A DNA stretch of 64,000 nucleotides from Macrostomum lignano (Eukaryota): assembly GCA_002269645.1 (NCBI GenBank), contig NIVC01002901.1, positions 1 to 64,000 on the forward strand, written 5' to 3'. The notes under the pieces are model-generated. The model was not told the origin of the DNA. It made no database searches and saw only the letters and a program-made list of their open reading frames with translations. This document shows, in pieces, positions 30,599-43,100 of this stretch; within the stretch, counting starts at the first letter, position 1; each line of letters starts with the position of its first letter. Position numbers and translations under genes: made by a program.

Positions 30599-31427
30599 AT
30601 ATCAGTGTTTGGTGCTTGGATGGTTGGACCATAGACTATGGAATGAGCAACATAGAGACGGACAGAATAATAGCGAGCTCTCGATAGCAAGGACTCTGCG
30701 TGCTTTATTAGACTGAGTGAGGTAAACCAGGGTCAATATACAAGAATATATATATATTATTTTGTGGATCCTACTTGGTTTTTTATCCATTCAAATTGGT
30801 GCGTGGCTGACAGCTAACGGTCTGACGTGGCAGCGAGTTTACACAGACAAAGCATACAAAGCCATAGACAACAGAAACCAATCTGGTTCAAGTGCGATTA
30901 ATCTGGGCCATATAGCTGGAATGCATGGCTAAAGTACAGAATGGCACAGAGGACCACACGCTAAAGTCAGTCTGGTGGACAATGAGAGTGAGAGAGATGA
31001 CAGTGAATGCATTGGTGAGCGCTAGTTTGGAGTTTGATGTTGGTGAAACAATCTGCAGATAGTTTATGGTGAAGATGAACTCCGCTGGGCTCTTTGCAAC
31101 GCACCAACGTATATTAATCATCTACCAGCATGCCAGCAGACTCAGTTAAAAAATCAGATTGAAAAAAGTGACGACCTCTTTGCTCCCAGTGTCAAATTAA
31201 AGGTTTTTTTCAGTTCTGATCTGTCTTAAAGTTTCTGAGCGATATTTCCATATTCTGTGACAAAACTTCAGAAAGCTTATCTGATTATCGAAAGAATTTG
31301 GAAAAATGCATTAAATTTAATAGCTGAAAAAGCAAACGAAATATTTCGGTTAGGAGTTTAACAGTTATTTTATTCATACGTTACAGTAACATAAAATTGA
31401 TTAATATCAGTTTCAATTATTTATACA

Positions 31428-31700
31428 GGGTGTTGTAGCCTCCTGGTTAGAGCGTCGGACTTACGACTTGAAGGTCGGGGGTTCGATTCCCGATCCCATA
31501 CGAACAATTTGCGTCCTTGATTGAGCAAGACATTTAACTCTCTAAACTGCTTCAGTTCACCCAGCTGTAAATGCAAAATTGGTGCCAGCATTAGCTGGGG
31601 TAATTGAGGGTGTGTACCCCCCCCCCCAGTCCTTGGACTGAACAGCCATACGCAGCCTTCAGATGCGCCGGCAATAGCTGCGGCTGAGCTGTCGGTTGCA
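31428..31700 (+). mobile_element. tRNA-derived SINE with CORE-like domain (copy 2)
   Basis: tagcctcctggttagagcgtcggacttacgacttgaaggtcgggggttcgattcc...ccttgattgagcaagacattt...cttcagttcacccagctgtaaat; shared 3' part gactgaacagcc...cagccttcagatgcgccg...gctgagctgtc with copy 1. Confidence 0.8.
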
Positions 31701-32270
31701 CGTCTGTCAATTAGGGCAGGTGTAATCAGTTATTATTTATTATTATTGGTAGGAATAAAAATCATAAAATGTTAAGTGAGCCCTGCACTATTTGAGTGGC
31801 TGACGGTCAGACAGACAGGCAGTAGGTGTCGGCTCAAGATTACCCAAGATTTGAGCAGAAATAGTGCACAGAGCCGAAAGGCATATTTTGCATGTACATG
31901 TGAGTGCACTCCACGGAGAGTGATGCGTTTAATAGGGCCTTTGGCTGTACAGTCTTAGTGCGGCCTCTCCATCTTACGTCTATGGTCAGACTTCGAGAAA
32001 GATCCCTCTGATCTGCGCTCAAAACTTCCGTCACAGCCACTATGAGTTGGCTGTGGAGAAATGGACATTAATTATTAAAAAGCGTTCTAATATACTGTTA
32101 CGTTAATATCGCTAAATTTCCAAAGTGTTTCTTGATTCCTTTGACAAGCCAAACCAAATGAATATGGACCTGACTGAAATTCCATGATCAGAACTTGTTT
32201 TATTGTCATGCTGCTACCCAAGTAAACTTATAGTAGTATTTCATGCGCTTTCACGTTTCTTTTATATATT

Positions 32271-34225
32271 TTAATTGTCTGCATCCCAACTTGTGCCAGT
32301 CAGCCCAGCCTCAGTCCACACCCCGTCCGCTTCTTCATCAAACGGCGGAGGCGGCGGCCCCAGGCCGTTCAGCAGCTGCCGCACCGACTCCAGGAGGCCC
32401 GCCAGGCCGCCGCCACCACCGCCTTCTCCGCCCTCGGCACCCTGGGGCTGGGGCGGCGCGCTCGGGTCGAAGTTGGGCATCAGGGAGCGCAGGAAGGCGG
32501 TCAGCAGACCGTCGTCGGCAGCGGAGGCGCCGCCAGCGCCGGCGCGAAGTCGGCGCAGCCGGTCGAGGTCGTAGCCGCACACGGAGTCGGGCGGCGGCAG
32601 CGGGTCGAAGGCGTTCAGCCCGGCCGGGTCGACGTCCGCCGGCAGGTCGGCGAGGGCGTCGCGGACCTCGGAGACGACCAGGTGCCGGAGGACGTTCAGC
32701 GGGGTGCGCCGGTAGCGGCGGCGTCGCCGCTCGGCGGCCTCAGCGATGCGAGGATCCGGCGGGTGGCGGCGGCCGCTTCGGCGACGCGGGCGGCGCCGGA
32801 CACGAGGAAGGTGACGGCGGCGGCCTCCTTCCAGCAGTGGCCGCAGCGCTGCACGTAGAGGCCGCACAGCTGGCGAAGTCCCGGACTCGACTCCCGGTCG
32901 GCCTCGGCGGCGCTAAACAGGCGGCAGCCGGACACGGGAGGCGCGGCCTCCACGCTGAGGCGGGCGAGCAGCGGCGCCAGCACAGAGGGGAACTGGATGA
33001 GCGCAGCGTCCAGACCAGCGGCGGCATCGGGGCGGCCCAGGCGGAAGCGGGCGAGGGCGGCCGAGAAGGCCCAGTTGGGCAGCTGGGTCAGGTGCCTGGA
33101 CGGCTCCCAGGCGTGCAGCAGGCGGAGCAGGAACTCCTCCTGACCTGACATGAGGCAGGCGGCATCGATGAGCAGCAGGGAGCCCATGGGATCGGCGGTG
33201 GGGCTGAGGCTGAGCAGCAGCTTGCAGGTCTCCAAGCAGGCGCGGTGGCAGCAGCGGCCGGTCAAGGCGAGGGCGTGGCGCAGCAGCGCCGAGAACAGGG
33301 CGCGGTTCTCGCGCCGGGCGAAGCTGAGGCGGCAGCGGTCGCTGGCGAAGCTGAAGCCGGGCGCAGCGGCGCATTCCATGGCGTACAGGGCGCGCTCGAC
33401 CAGGTCGGCGGCGGTGGCGGCGTCCTCCTGCAGGCGGAAGACCTCGGCCAGCTGCAGCAGGGTGTCGACGTGGTAGGGCTGCCGGTGCAGGATCTCGGCC
33501 AGGCGGTCGGGCTGCCCGGACTCGACGGCGTCGGCGAAGGCCAGCTGGGTGCGCTGGTACTCGCGGCTGTGCTCAAACCGGTAGGCGGCGCTGCCGGCCG
33601 GAAAGCTGTCTGAGGCGAAGGTCTCCGCGTCCGGCGACATGGACAGGCCGAGGCGGACCACCGGCGGCCACGTGGGCTTCGGCTGGGCCAGCAGGCCGCG
33701 CCGCCAGCCGCCCGGCTGCTGCTGCTGGAGCCGCCTGGTGGACGGCTGGCGGGCCGCCGACTCCCCTGCCGCCTGGCCGAACAGCCGCCGCAGCTCCTGG
33801 CCGCCGTCCAGCAGGCGGAGGTCGACGCTGAGCAGCGGCTTGCCGCCTCCGCCGCTGACGTTCGACACCGCCGAGACCGTCGCTGGAGGTGCCGGGTTCG
33901 AGTCGGCGCTGGCCAGAGCCGCTGCGAACTCGTCCTCCTCATCCACTGCGGCCTCCCCGCCCTTCCGCTTGCCTGCCTTCTTGCTCTTCTTCTTTTTCTG
34001 CTTCTGCTGCCGCGGCTGCGGGCTGCTCGGCTCCGCATCCTCTCCGGCATCCTCAGCCTCCGACTGCGAGTCCTCCTGCGACATCAGCAGCGCGAACTGG
34101 TTGACCCGGCCAGCGGGCTCAGCATCCTCAGCTTCATCTTGAGCAGCCGCGTCCGCCTTCTCCAGCTCGGCCGCCTTGGCCGCGGCCTCCGCCTCCTGCA
34201 GCTTTCGTAAAACTCGACGGGACAT
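32271..34225 (-). CDS. TCF25: Transcription factor 25 / Rqc1 (ribosome quality control), intronless, one frameshift near 32765
   Basis: N-terminal MSRRVLRKL..RVNQFALL; core FEHSREYQRTQLAF..PYHVDTLLQL..DLVERALYAME; C-terminal RYRRTPLNVLRHLVVSE..FDPLPP lies in the second frame (ORF 32271-32867). Confidence 0.92.
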
Positions 34226-34369
34226 GGCGAGCTGCTGCCCGCCGCTCGAGTGCTGCGATCGGTAACGACTCCCGACTCAGGTCGGTGCGGATAATCTTCC
34301 CAACTTGGGAGAACTTTGCATGCACAAGAGGGCGACTCGATTGCATGGGATGGGAATCAGCCGAGCATT

Positions 34370-35420
34370 CTGATGGGGACCTGATGGGGATCTGGTTGGG
34401 ATCTGGTGAGGATTCTGGTGGGTATCTTATGGGTATCTGATGGGGATCTGATGGGTATCTGATGGGGATCTGATGGGGATCTGATGGGGATCTGATGGGG
34501 ATCTGATGGGGACCTGATGGGGATCTGATGGGGACCTGATGGGTATCTGATGGGGATCTGATGGGTATCTGATGGGTATCTGATGGGGATCTGATGGGGA
34601 CCTGATGGGTATCTGATGGGGACCTGATGGGGATCTGGTGAGGATCTGGTGAGGATTTTGGTGGGTATCTGATAGGTATCTGATGGGGACCTGATGGGGA
34701 CCTAATGGGGATCTGGTGGGGATCTGGTGAGGATTCTGGTGGGTATCTGATGGGGACCTGATGGGTATCTGATGGGGACCTGATGGGGATCTGGTGGGGA
34801 TCTGGTGAGGATTCTGGTGGGTATCTGATGGGTATCTGATGGGGACCTGATGGAGACCTGATGGGGATCTGGTGGGGATCTGGTGAGGATTCTGGTGGGT
34901 ATCTGATGGGGATCTGATGCGGATCTGGTAAGGATTCTGGTGAGGATTTTGGTGGGGATCTGGAGAGGATTCTGGTGGGTATCTGATGGGTATCTGATGG
35001 GGACCTGATGGGGATCTGGTGGGGATCTGGTGAGGATTCTGGTGGGTATCTGATGGGTATCTGATGGGGATCTGATGAGGATCTGATGCGTATCTGGTAA
35101 GGATTCTGGTGAGGATTTTGGTGGGGATCTGGTAAGGATTCTGGTGGGTATCTGGTGAGGATTCTGATGGGATTCTGATGGGGATCTGGTGAGGATTCTG
35201 GTGAGGATTTTGGTGGGGATTTTGATGGGGATCTTGATGGGGATTCTGGTTGGGATTCTGGTGAGGACTCTGATTGGGATTCTGGTGGGGATCCTTGTGG
35301 GGATTTATATAGTGACTCTGGTGGGGACTTTGATGGGGATCTTGATCGGAATTCTGCTGGATATTCTGGCGGGGATTTTGAAGAGGATTCTGGTGGGGAT
35401 TTTGGCGGGGATTTGATTGG
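34370..35420 (+). repeat. 11-12-bp degenerate minisatellite (tctgatgggga / gattctggtggg)
   Basis: Direct reading. Confidence 0.92.
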
Positions 35421-35992
35421 GATTCTAGTATGGATTTTTAGTATATTGGATTTTTATCTGGTGGGTTCCGCTTTTGAAATACCGATCCTCACCAATTATC
35501 ACCCCAGGCAGGAAATAAAACTCAAAACTCAAAATGCAAAACTTCTGCCCAGAGCAGCGCAGCTCAGAAGCAATGCGCCAAGCGTTTCCAATATTTTATT
35601 GTAGAGCAGCAGTGTATAAAATTGGGTCTGTGTTATAAACAGGTTAAGCAGGCAATGTAAAGTTAGCACAGACTAATAAAAGTGAATGAACAAAGTGAGG
35701 CATGCAGTCTGCAAGCACGTCGGCAGCAATAGGGAATCCATAAGATATCTAGCAAATATATTATTGAATATAAATATATCGAGTATAAATACAAAATAGT
35801 GGAATCTCATCAGTAATGAAAAGTAATTCTTATTGGCAGGTAAACAAACATTCCTAGCATGCGCCAGTACGCCTAGCATAGTGCGTGTGCAGCCGCCCGT
35901 TCCACGCAACTCTGGCGGCTCGCAAATGGGAAGACTCGAATGTTTGAATCGGGAGCAGAGAGCAAAACAGAAGGCTTAAACAATGGATTGTC

Positions 35993-36380
35993 TGCTCTCA
36001 CTCAGAGATCCGGGCAAGCCCTCACTCAGAGATCCGGGCAAGCCCTCACTCAGAGATCCGGGCAAGCCCTCACTCAGAGATCCGGGCAAGCCCTCACTCA
36101 GAGATCCGGGCAAGCCCTCACTCAGAGATCCGGGCAAGCCCTCACTCAGAGATCCGGGCAAGCCCTCACTCAGAGATCTGGGCAAGCCCTCACTCAGAGA
36201 TCCGGGCAAGCCCTCACTCAGAGATCCGGGCAAGCCCTCACTCAGAGATCCGGGCAAGCCCTCACTCAGAGATCCGGGCAAGCCCTCACTCAGAGATCTG
36301 GGCAAGCCCTCACTCAGAGATCCGGGCAAGCCCTCACTCAGAGATCCGGGCAAGCCCTCACTCGGAGATCTGGGCAAGCC
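35993..36380 (+). repeat. 24-bp minisatellite (ctcactcagagatccgggcaagcc)n
   Basis: Direct reading. Confidence 0.96.
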
Positions 36381-36759
36381 CACAATCTGCATAATAACCT
36401 ATCTGGGATAAAGACTGAGCAGCCATAACAAAGACACATGTAAATGTCGGCATCGGTGTGCCAGTGACAGGCGGGAACATTGAGGATGAACAGGAAGGCC
36501 CGCCATGCAGTTGGACAAAAACGCGCATTGGAAATCATAATAAAATGGGAAGTCAAAACAACCGGAGACAATTTTAATAAAAAAACAATACACAGACGGG
36601 CGCAGGAGTGACTTGAGTGGCAAGGGCGTTGCGTTGCCAAGGTGAAGCCGGCATGCTGAATATAAATTGAATTTGTCACTCCGGACTGTTGTCACTCAAT
36701 GTTTAACTAAGACTGTGCAACTATACAGAATGATCGCCCGCTGTCAATCCTTGGTAATG

Positions 36760-37125
36760 TCACTTAGAAATTCCACTCTATGGAATTGTCACTATAAAAT
36801 TGTCACTCTATGGAATTGTCACTCTATTAAATTGTCACTACAGAATTGTCACTCTATGGAATTGTCACTCTATAAAATTGTCACTCTATTGAATTGTCAC
36901 TATAAAATTGTCACTCTATTAAATTGTCACTACAGAATTGTCACTCTATGGAATTGTCACTCTATTAAATTGTCACTCTATGGAATTGTCACTCTAAAAA
37001 TGTCACTCTTCAGAATTCTCACTCTATAAAATTGCCACTCTATAGAATTGTCACTCTAACGAAGTTGTAACAGGTATGCCACTGTAAATATCACTACAGA
37101 ACTGTCACTCTATACAGACTTGTCA
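36760..37125 (+). repeat. 14-16-bp minisatellite (aattgtcactctat..)n directly 3' of the DOCK stop codon
   Basis: Direct reading. Confidence 0.92.
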
Positions 37126-37131
37126 CTCCGT

Positions 37132-40100
37132 TTAGACCTCCTCCGCGTGCTGCCGGCTGCTGCGGGGCGGCACAGCGGGCGGAGTGATCGGCAGGTTCGC
37201 CAGCGACGGAGGCGGAGGCGACGAGCTCAGCAGGACTGCCGGAGTCTCCGACTTGCGCTTCGGCGGCACCGCTGGCGGGACCTCGTCGCCAAAGCCGCGG
37301 GCTCCGCTGGAGCTGCTGGACACGGAGCAGCGCGGGTCGGACGGGCGGCGCTGAATGCCGCCGGCGCCTAGGGCGCCAGTTGGAGGTCGCGGCTTTCGCG
37401 GCATTGTGCTCCCGATGGCTGACGGGTCCAGCCGCTGCAGGCGCTGCTGAAGACTGCCGCCGCCGCCGACGGCAGCTCCGCCAGCGCCGGCGCCCTTTGG
37501 CTTGGCGAGCTTCTCCGCCAGCTGTCGAATCTCGGCCTGCAGCACCATGCCGGTGCAGCCCTGCACCATCTCCAGCTTCTCTAGCAGTAGGCCAGCGTAC
37601 GCCTGCACGTCCGTGCCGTGCTCTTTGCACAGGTCCAGGGCGCGCGCGCACAGGCTGAGCTGCTCGGCCAGCGCCTGGGCCAGCCGGCCGGTGTCCGCCT
37701 CCGCTCCGTCCGTGGTGTCCAAGCCGGTCTGGCGGCGGGTTTTCAGCAGGGGAACCGTTTTTTAATGTTAAATCGATACATATCGGCAGGTGTCCTGTGC
37801 ATAATCGAGAATCGATACATATCGGGAGTTCTGTACATAAACGAGAATCGATACATATCGGCAGGTGTCTGTGCATAATCGAGAATCGATACATATCGGC
37901 AGTTCTGTGCATAAACGAGAATCATACATATCGGCAGCTCTGTGCATAAACAAGAATCGATACATATCGGCAGTTCTGTACATAAACGAGAATCGATACA
38001 TATCGGCAGGTGTTCTGTGCATAATCGAGAATCGATACATATAGGCAGTTCTGTGCATAAACAAGAATCGATACATATCGGCAGTTCTGTGCATAAACGA
38101 GAATCGATACATATCGGGAGCTCTGTGCATAAACGAGAATCGATACATATCGGCAGTTCTGTGCATAAACAAGAATCGATACATATCGGGAGGCGAGTTC
38201 AACTTATAGCATCTCCCGGCAAAACTTCAGCTACCAACCTGAATATCGTCGAGCACCTGGAAGAACTCCATAAAGTTGTCAATTCCGCCGCCCACAGTGG
38301 CGCAGACGATGCCGCTGACGAGGCCCACGAGGCCCTGGCTGCTCTTGATGCGGCCAGTCACCAGCTGGTAGATGGAGTACTTCAGCTTCTTATTCATGGT
38401 CTCATTGTCGCGAACGGCGCTCTGCAGTGGCGTCTCGGTGGCGGACTTGACGTGACTGGCGGGCAGCAGGCGGAGCACGCTGGGGAACGGCTCCATGGAC
38501 TCGAAGGTGTCGATGGTGCACACCTTCTCGGTGACTTTCTCGGTGCGCACCTGCATTTTGCGCTGGATGAAATGCTGCACCTCGTTGTTCTCGTAGTACT
38601 GCAACACGTCGTACTGCGTGTCGCCGACGTTGGGCGGCGGCCGCGGCACGGCGGTCACCGCGCTGATCTCGATAAGGTTTGAGTAGTTCTCCCTGTCCTG
38701 CTTGTTCTGCGGGATCTTGGCGTAGGGGAACAGCGTCTCGAAGGTCTCGATCACGTCGGCCAGCTTCTTGCTGTCGATGCCGCAGTAGATGAACTTCCTG
38801 TCGCGCAGGAAATTGGGAAAGTCCGGGCCTTTGAACTCCACCAGGTAGTAGGAGTTGAATGCGTGCACCTGCTCCACGTTCGTGATGGACTGGCACAGGG
38901 CGGCCATGCGGTCCAGGGCCTCGCGCTCCTTGGCAAAGTCCACCAGGATGTCCTTGTAGTAGTGCCATAGCACCTCAGCCTGCTGCTTGGCCTTGTGGAA
39001 CAGATTGCCCTTCTCGAAGTAGCCGATGGCGTCCCAGATCAGCGTGCCCTGTTGACAGGAGGTTTCAGTGACTTTGAGGGCGATTGTCGGGTGTTTGAGG
39101 GCGACTGTCGGATCTTTGAGGGCGATATTCGGGTGTTTGATGGCGATTGTCGGGTGTTTGATGGCGATTCTCGGCGTGTTTGAGGGCGATTGTCGGGTGT
39201 TTGAAAGCGATATTGGGGTGTTTGATGGCGATTGTCGGGTGTTTGAGGGCGATATTGGGGTGTTTGATGGCGATTCTCGGGGTGCTTGAGGGCGAGTCTC
39301 GGTGTGCTTGAGGGCGAGACTCGGGGTGCTTGAGGGAGAGTCTCGGGCTGCTTGAGGGAGTCTCGGGGTGCTTGAGGGAGAGTCTCGGAGTGTTTGAGGG
39401 TGAGACTCGGGGTGTTTGAGGGCGAGACTCGGGGTGTTTGAGGGCGAATCTCGGGGTGCTTAAGGGCGAATCTCGGGGTGCTTGAGGGCGAGTCTCAGGG
39501 TGCTTGAGGGCGAGTCTCAGGGTGCTTGAGGGCGAGTCTCGGGGTGCTTGGGGGCGAGTCTCGGGGTGCTTGAGGGCGAGTCTCGGGGTGCTTGAGGGCG
39601 AGTCTCGGGGTGCTTGAGGGCGAGACTCGGGGTGCTTGAGGGAGAGTCTCGGGGTGCTTGAGGGAGTCTCGGGGTGCTTGAGGGAGAGTCTCGGGGTGCT
39701 TGAGGGCGAGTCTCGGGGTGCTTGAGGGCGAGTCTCGGGGTGCTTGAGGGCGAGTCTCGGGGTGCTTGAGGGCGAGTCTCGGGGTGCTTGAGGGCGAGTC
39801 TCGGGGTGCTTGAGGGCGAGTCTCGGGGTGCTTGAGGGCGATCGCACACGATTTGCTTTTGCCTCAGATCCTACTGGCGCCACTGCACCCCAAACCCCAG
39901 CGCACCTTCAGCTCTCCCTGGCTCCTGCAGATCTGATATTTCTTCTGTAGTGCGCCCTTGCTGATGCTCAGCGGCGAGTCGGCCCACTCCAGGTACTTGG
40001 CCTGCAGCAGCAGCACGCAGCCGGCCTCCGCCCAGTTGCCGGCCGACTCGTGCAGCTGGCACAGCTTGTACAGGTAGCGATTGCACATCTCCTCCTTGTT

Positions 40101-43100
40101 TATCTCCTTGTAGAATTTGTACAGATTATAGATGGCGAACATGCGGTTCTCTGGCAGCTCGTCTGCGATGAGGGTCTTGTACTCCAGCAGCAGGTCCATC
40201 TGGCGCCGCATCTCGCTTTGGAACATAAAGCCGTTCTGGATGAACTTGCCCTCCTTGGCCAGGGCATCGCTGAAGTACTGGCTAAAGTTCTCCACGTACT
40301 CTTTGCTGCCGAACTCCTCCACCAGCTTGTCCATGACGAATGTGATCTCCTTGCTGACTCCGAAGATGCTCTTCTCCTGGCTGAACTCGCAGCGAAGCAG
40401 CTCCACCAGCATGAAGGCGCACTCGCACCTCAGCTGCTCCTGCCGTTGCAGCGACACCTGCGAAACGAATGGGAGGGCAGCCGCTGTGACACCTGCTTGT
40501 CTGAGCTAGGATCTGGGAGGCTGGCCCAGCAACTGAGGATCTGGGAGGCTGGCCCAGCAACTGAGGATCTGGGAGGCTGGCCCAGCAACTGAGGATCTGG
40601 GAGGCTGGCCCAGCAACTGAGGATCTGGAAGGCTGGCCCAGCAACTGAGGATCTGGGAGGCTGGCCCAGCAACTGAGGATCTGGGAGGCTGGCCCAGCAA
40701 CTGAGGATCTGGGAGGCTGGCCCAGCAACTGAGGATCTGGGAGGCTGGCCCAGCAACTGAGGATCTGGGAGGCTGGCCCAGCAACTGAGGATCTGGGAGG
40801 CTGGCCCAGCAACTGAGGATCTGGGAGGCTGGCCCAGCAACTGAGGATCTGGGAGGCTGGCCCAGCAACTGAGGATCTGGGAGGCTGGCCCAGCAACTGA
40901 GGATCTGGGAGGCTGGCCCAGCAACTGAGGATCTGGGAGGCTGGCCCAGCAACTGGGGATCTGGGAGGGCAGCCCAGCAGCTGAAGGTCTGGTGGGGCGG
41001 CAGAAAGTTCTCCATGCACCCGTGACCACAAACGCAGGCCAGGCGCTCACCTGCAGCAGCAAGGTGATCAGAGGCATGGCCAGTTTCAGCTGGTCAGCGG
41101 GAGCCAGGCTGCTCCAAGCCCGCTTCACCAGCTCGAAGGCGGCCAGACGGGGGTCGCAGCCTTCCATCAGCCTGACATGGTGCTCCTTCTTGTCGGTGGG
41201 GAAGGTTTCGTAGATGAGGTGCGGCTGCCGCAGAAAGGCGAACACGCAGTTGAGAAAACTCTCCACCACGTTGAGCTGCAGAGGCTTGGCGAAGAGATAT
41301 AGCAGCTGCTCCTGTATCACGGTAAGGCTGCGCAGAATGATTCTGGACTCCAGCAGTTTGAGGTCGTGCCACTTCATCCAGCGGTCCTCAATGTTGATGA
41401 AGACGCCAGTGAGCAGCTGCAGCAGCTCGTTGGTCTGGTCGGCCAGCTCGCACTTGGCCACCAGGTCATCGGCGTTCACGGTCGGGCTGCTGTCGTTGGG
41501 CAGGTAGAAGTGCGAGCCGGCAAAGATGGCGGAGTCGATCCACAGCTGCCACAGGTCCGGCGACCGGTTCAGCAGCTCCAGGCAGGACACGATGGACACC
41601 ATGAATAGGCGGATGAACTTCGGCTCAGTGTTGGCTTTCACCTGCGGCGGGGCGAATAGGGGGCTCTGGAGACTTTCCTGGAAAGACTTTCCTAGAAATT
41701 TGGAGACTTTCACTAGAAATCCGGAGACTTTCCTAGAAATCTGGAGACTTTCCTAGAAATCCGGAGACTTTCCTAGAAATCTGGAGACTTTCCTAGAAAT
41801 CCGGAGACTTCCTAGAAATATGGAAACTTTCCTAGAAAGTTGAAGACTTTCCCTAGAAATCTTGCGACTTTCCTAGAAATCCTGAGACTTTCCCTAGAAA
41901 TCCTGAGACTTTCCCTAGAAATCCTGAGACTTTCCCTAGAAATCCTGAGACTTTCCCTAGAAATCCTGAGACTTTCCCTAGAAATCCTGAGACTTTCCTA
42001 GAAATCCTGAGACTTTCCCTAGAAATCCTGAGACTTTCCTAGAAAAACGGAGACTTTCCCTAGAAAAAATCCGGAGACTTTCCTCAGCATCAACAGCAGC
42101 ACCAACCTGGAAGTTCATCAGCGGCATCTCGAAGGCGATGGAGGCGCAGGTCTGCACCAGGGTGCGCAGGAACCGCTTCTCGCAGCAGACCAGCTGAACC
42201 TCCCGGGCCACAGAGGCCTCGTCCAGTCGGCTCAGGATGGCCAGCAGCTCGTTGAACGGCCGGAGCACCACCTCGTACATGCTGAGATTGCCGCGGTGCT
42301 TGCTGTCGGCCGGCTTGCGCTCCTCGGTGCGGATGAAGTCGCAGACGAATTTCACGACGCCGTCAACCAGCTGCGGCCGGAGTTTGGAGTTCCAGAAGGC
42401 CTCCTTGGCCACGATGCGGTCAAACTTGAACAGGCTGTGCGGCAGCCGGTCCTCCCGCTCCAGCACGCTGTTGATGAGGCGCAGAAGCTGGTCGCCAAGC
42501 CAGAGCGGCTCCAGCACCTGCAGGAACGACTCTAAAAAGTCGTCGAAGAACGAGCTGACTAGGCGGTACTGGGCCGCGTCGTTCACCTGCGGGGTGAGTA
42601 TTTAGCAGTGATTCTTAGCAGTTTGAGGGCGATTCTTAGCTGTTTGAGGGCGATTCTTAGCTGTTTGAGGGCGATTCTTAGCAGTCTGAAGGCGATTCTT
42701 AGCAGTTTGAGGGCGATTCTTAGCAGTTTGAATGCGATTCTTAGCAGTTTGAGGGCGATTCTTAGCTGTTTGAGGGCGATTCTTAGCTGTTTGAGGGCGA
42801 TTCTTAGCTGTTTGAGGGCGATTCTTAGCAGTCTGAAGGCGATTCTTAGCAGTTTGAGGGCGATTCTTAGCAGTTTGAATGCGATTCTTAGCAGTTTGAG
42901 GGCGATTCTTAGCTGTTTGAGGGCGATTCTTAGCTGTTTGAGGGCGATTCTTAGCTGTTTGAGGGCGATTCTTAGCAGTCTGAAGGCGATTCTTAGCAGT
43001 TTGAGGGCGATTCTTAGCAGTTTGAATGCGATTCTTAGCAGTTTGAGGGCGATTCTTAGCAGTTTGAATGCGATTCTTAGCAGTTTGAGGGCGATTCTTA

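Noticed and set aside
32243-34142. Plus-strand and alternate-frame ORFs overlapping TCF25, DOCK and HFM1 exons
   Set aside because: Shadow ORFs expected from GC-rich coding sequence.
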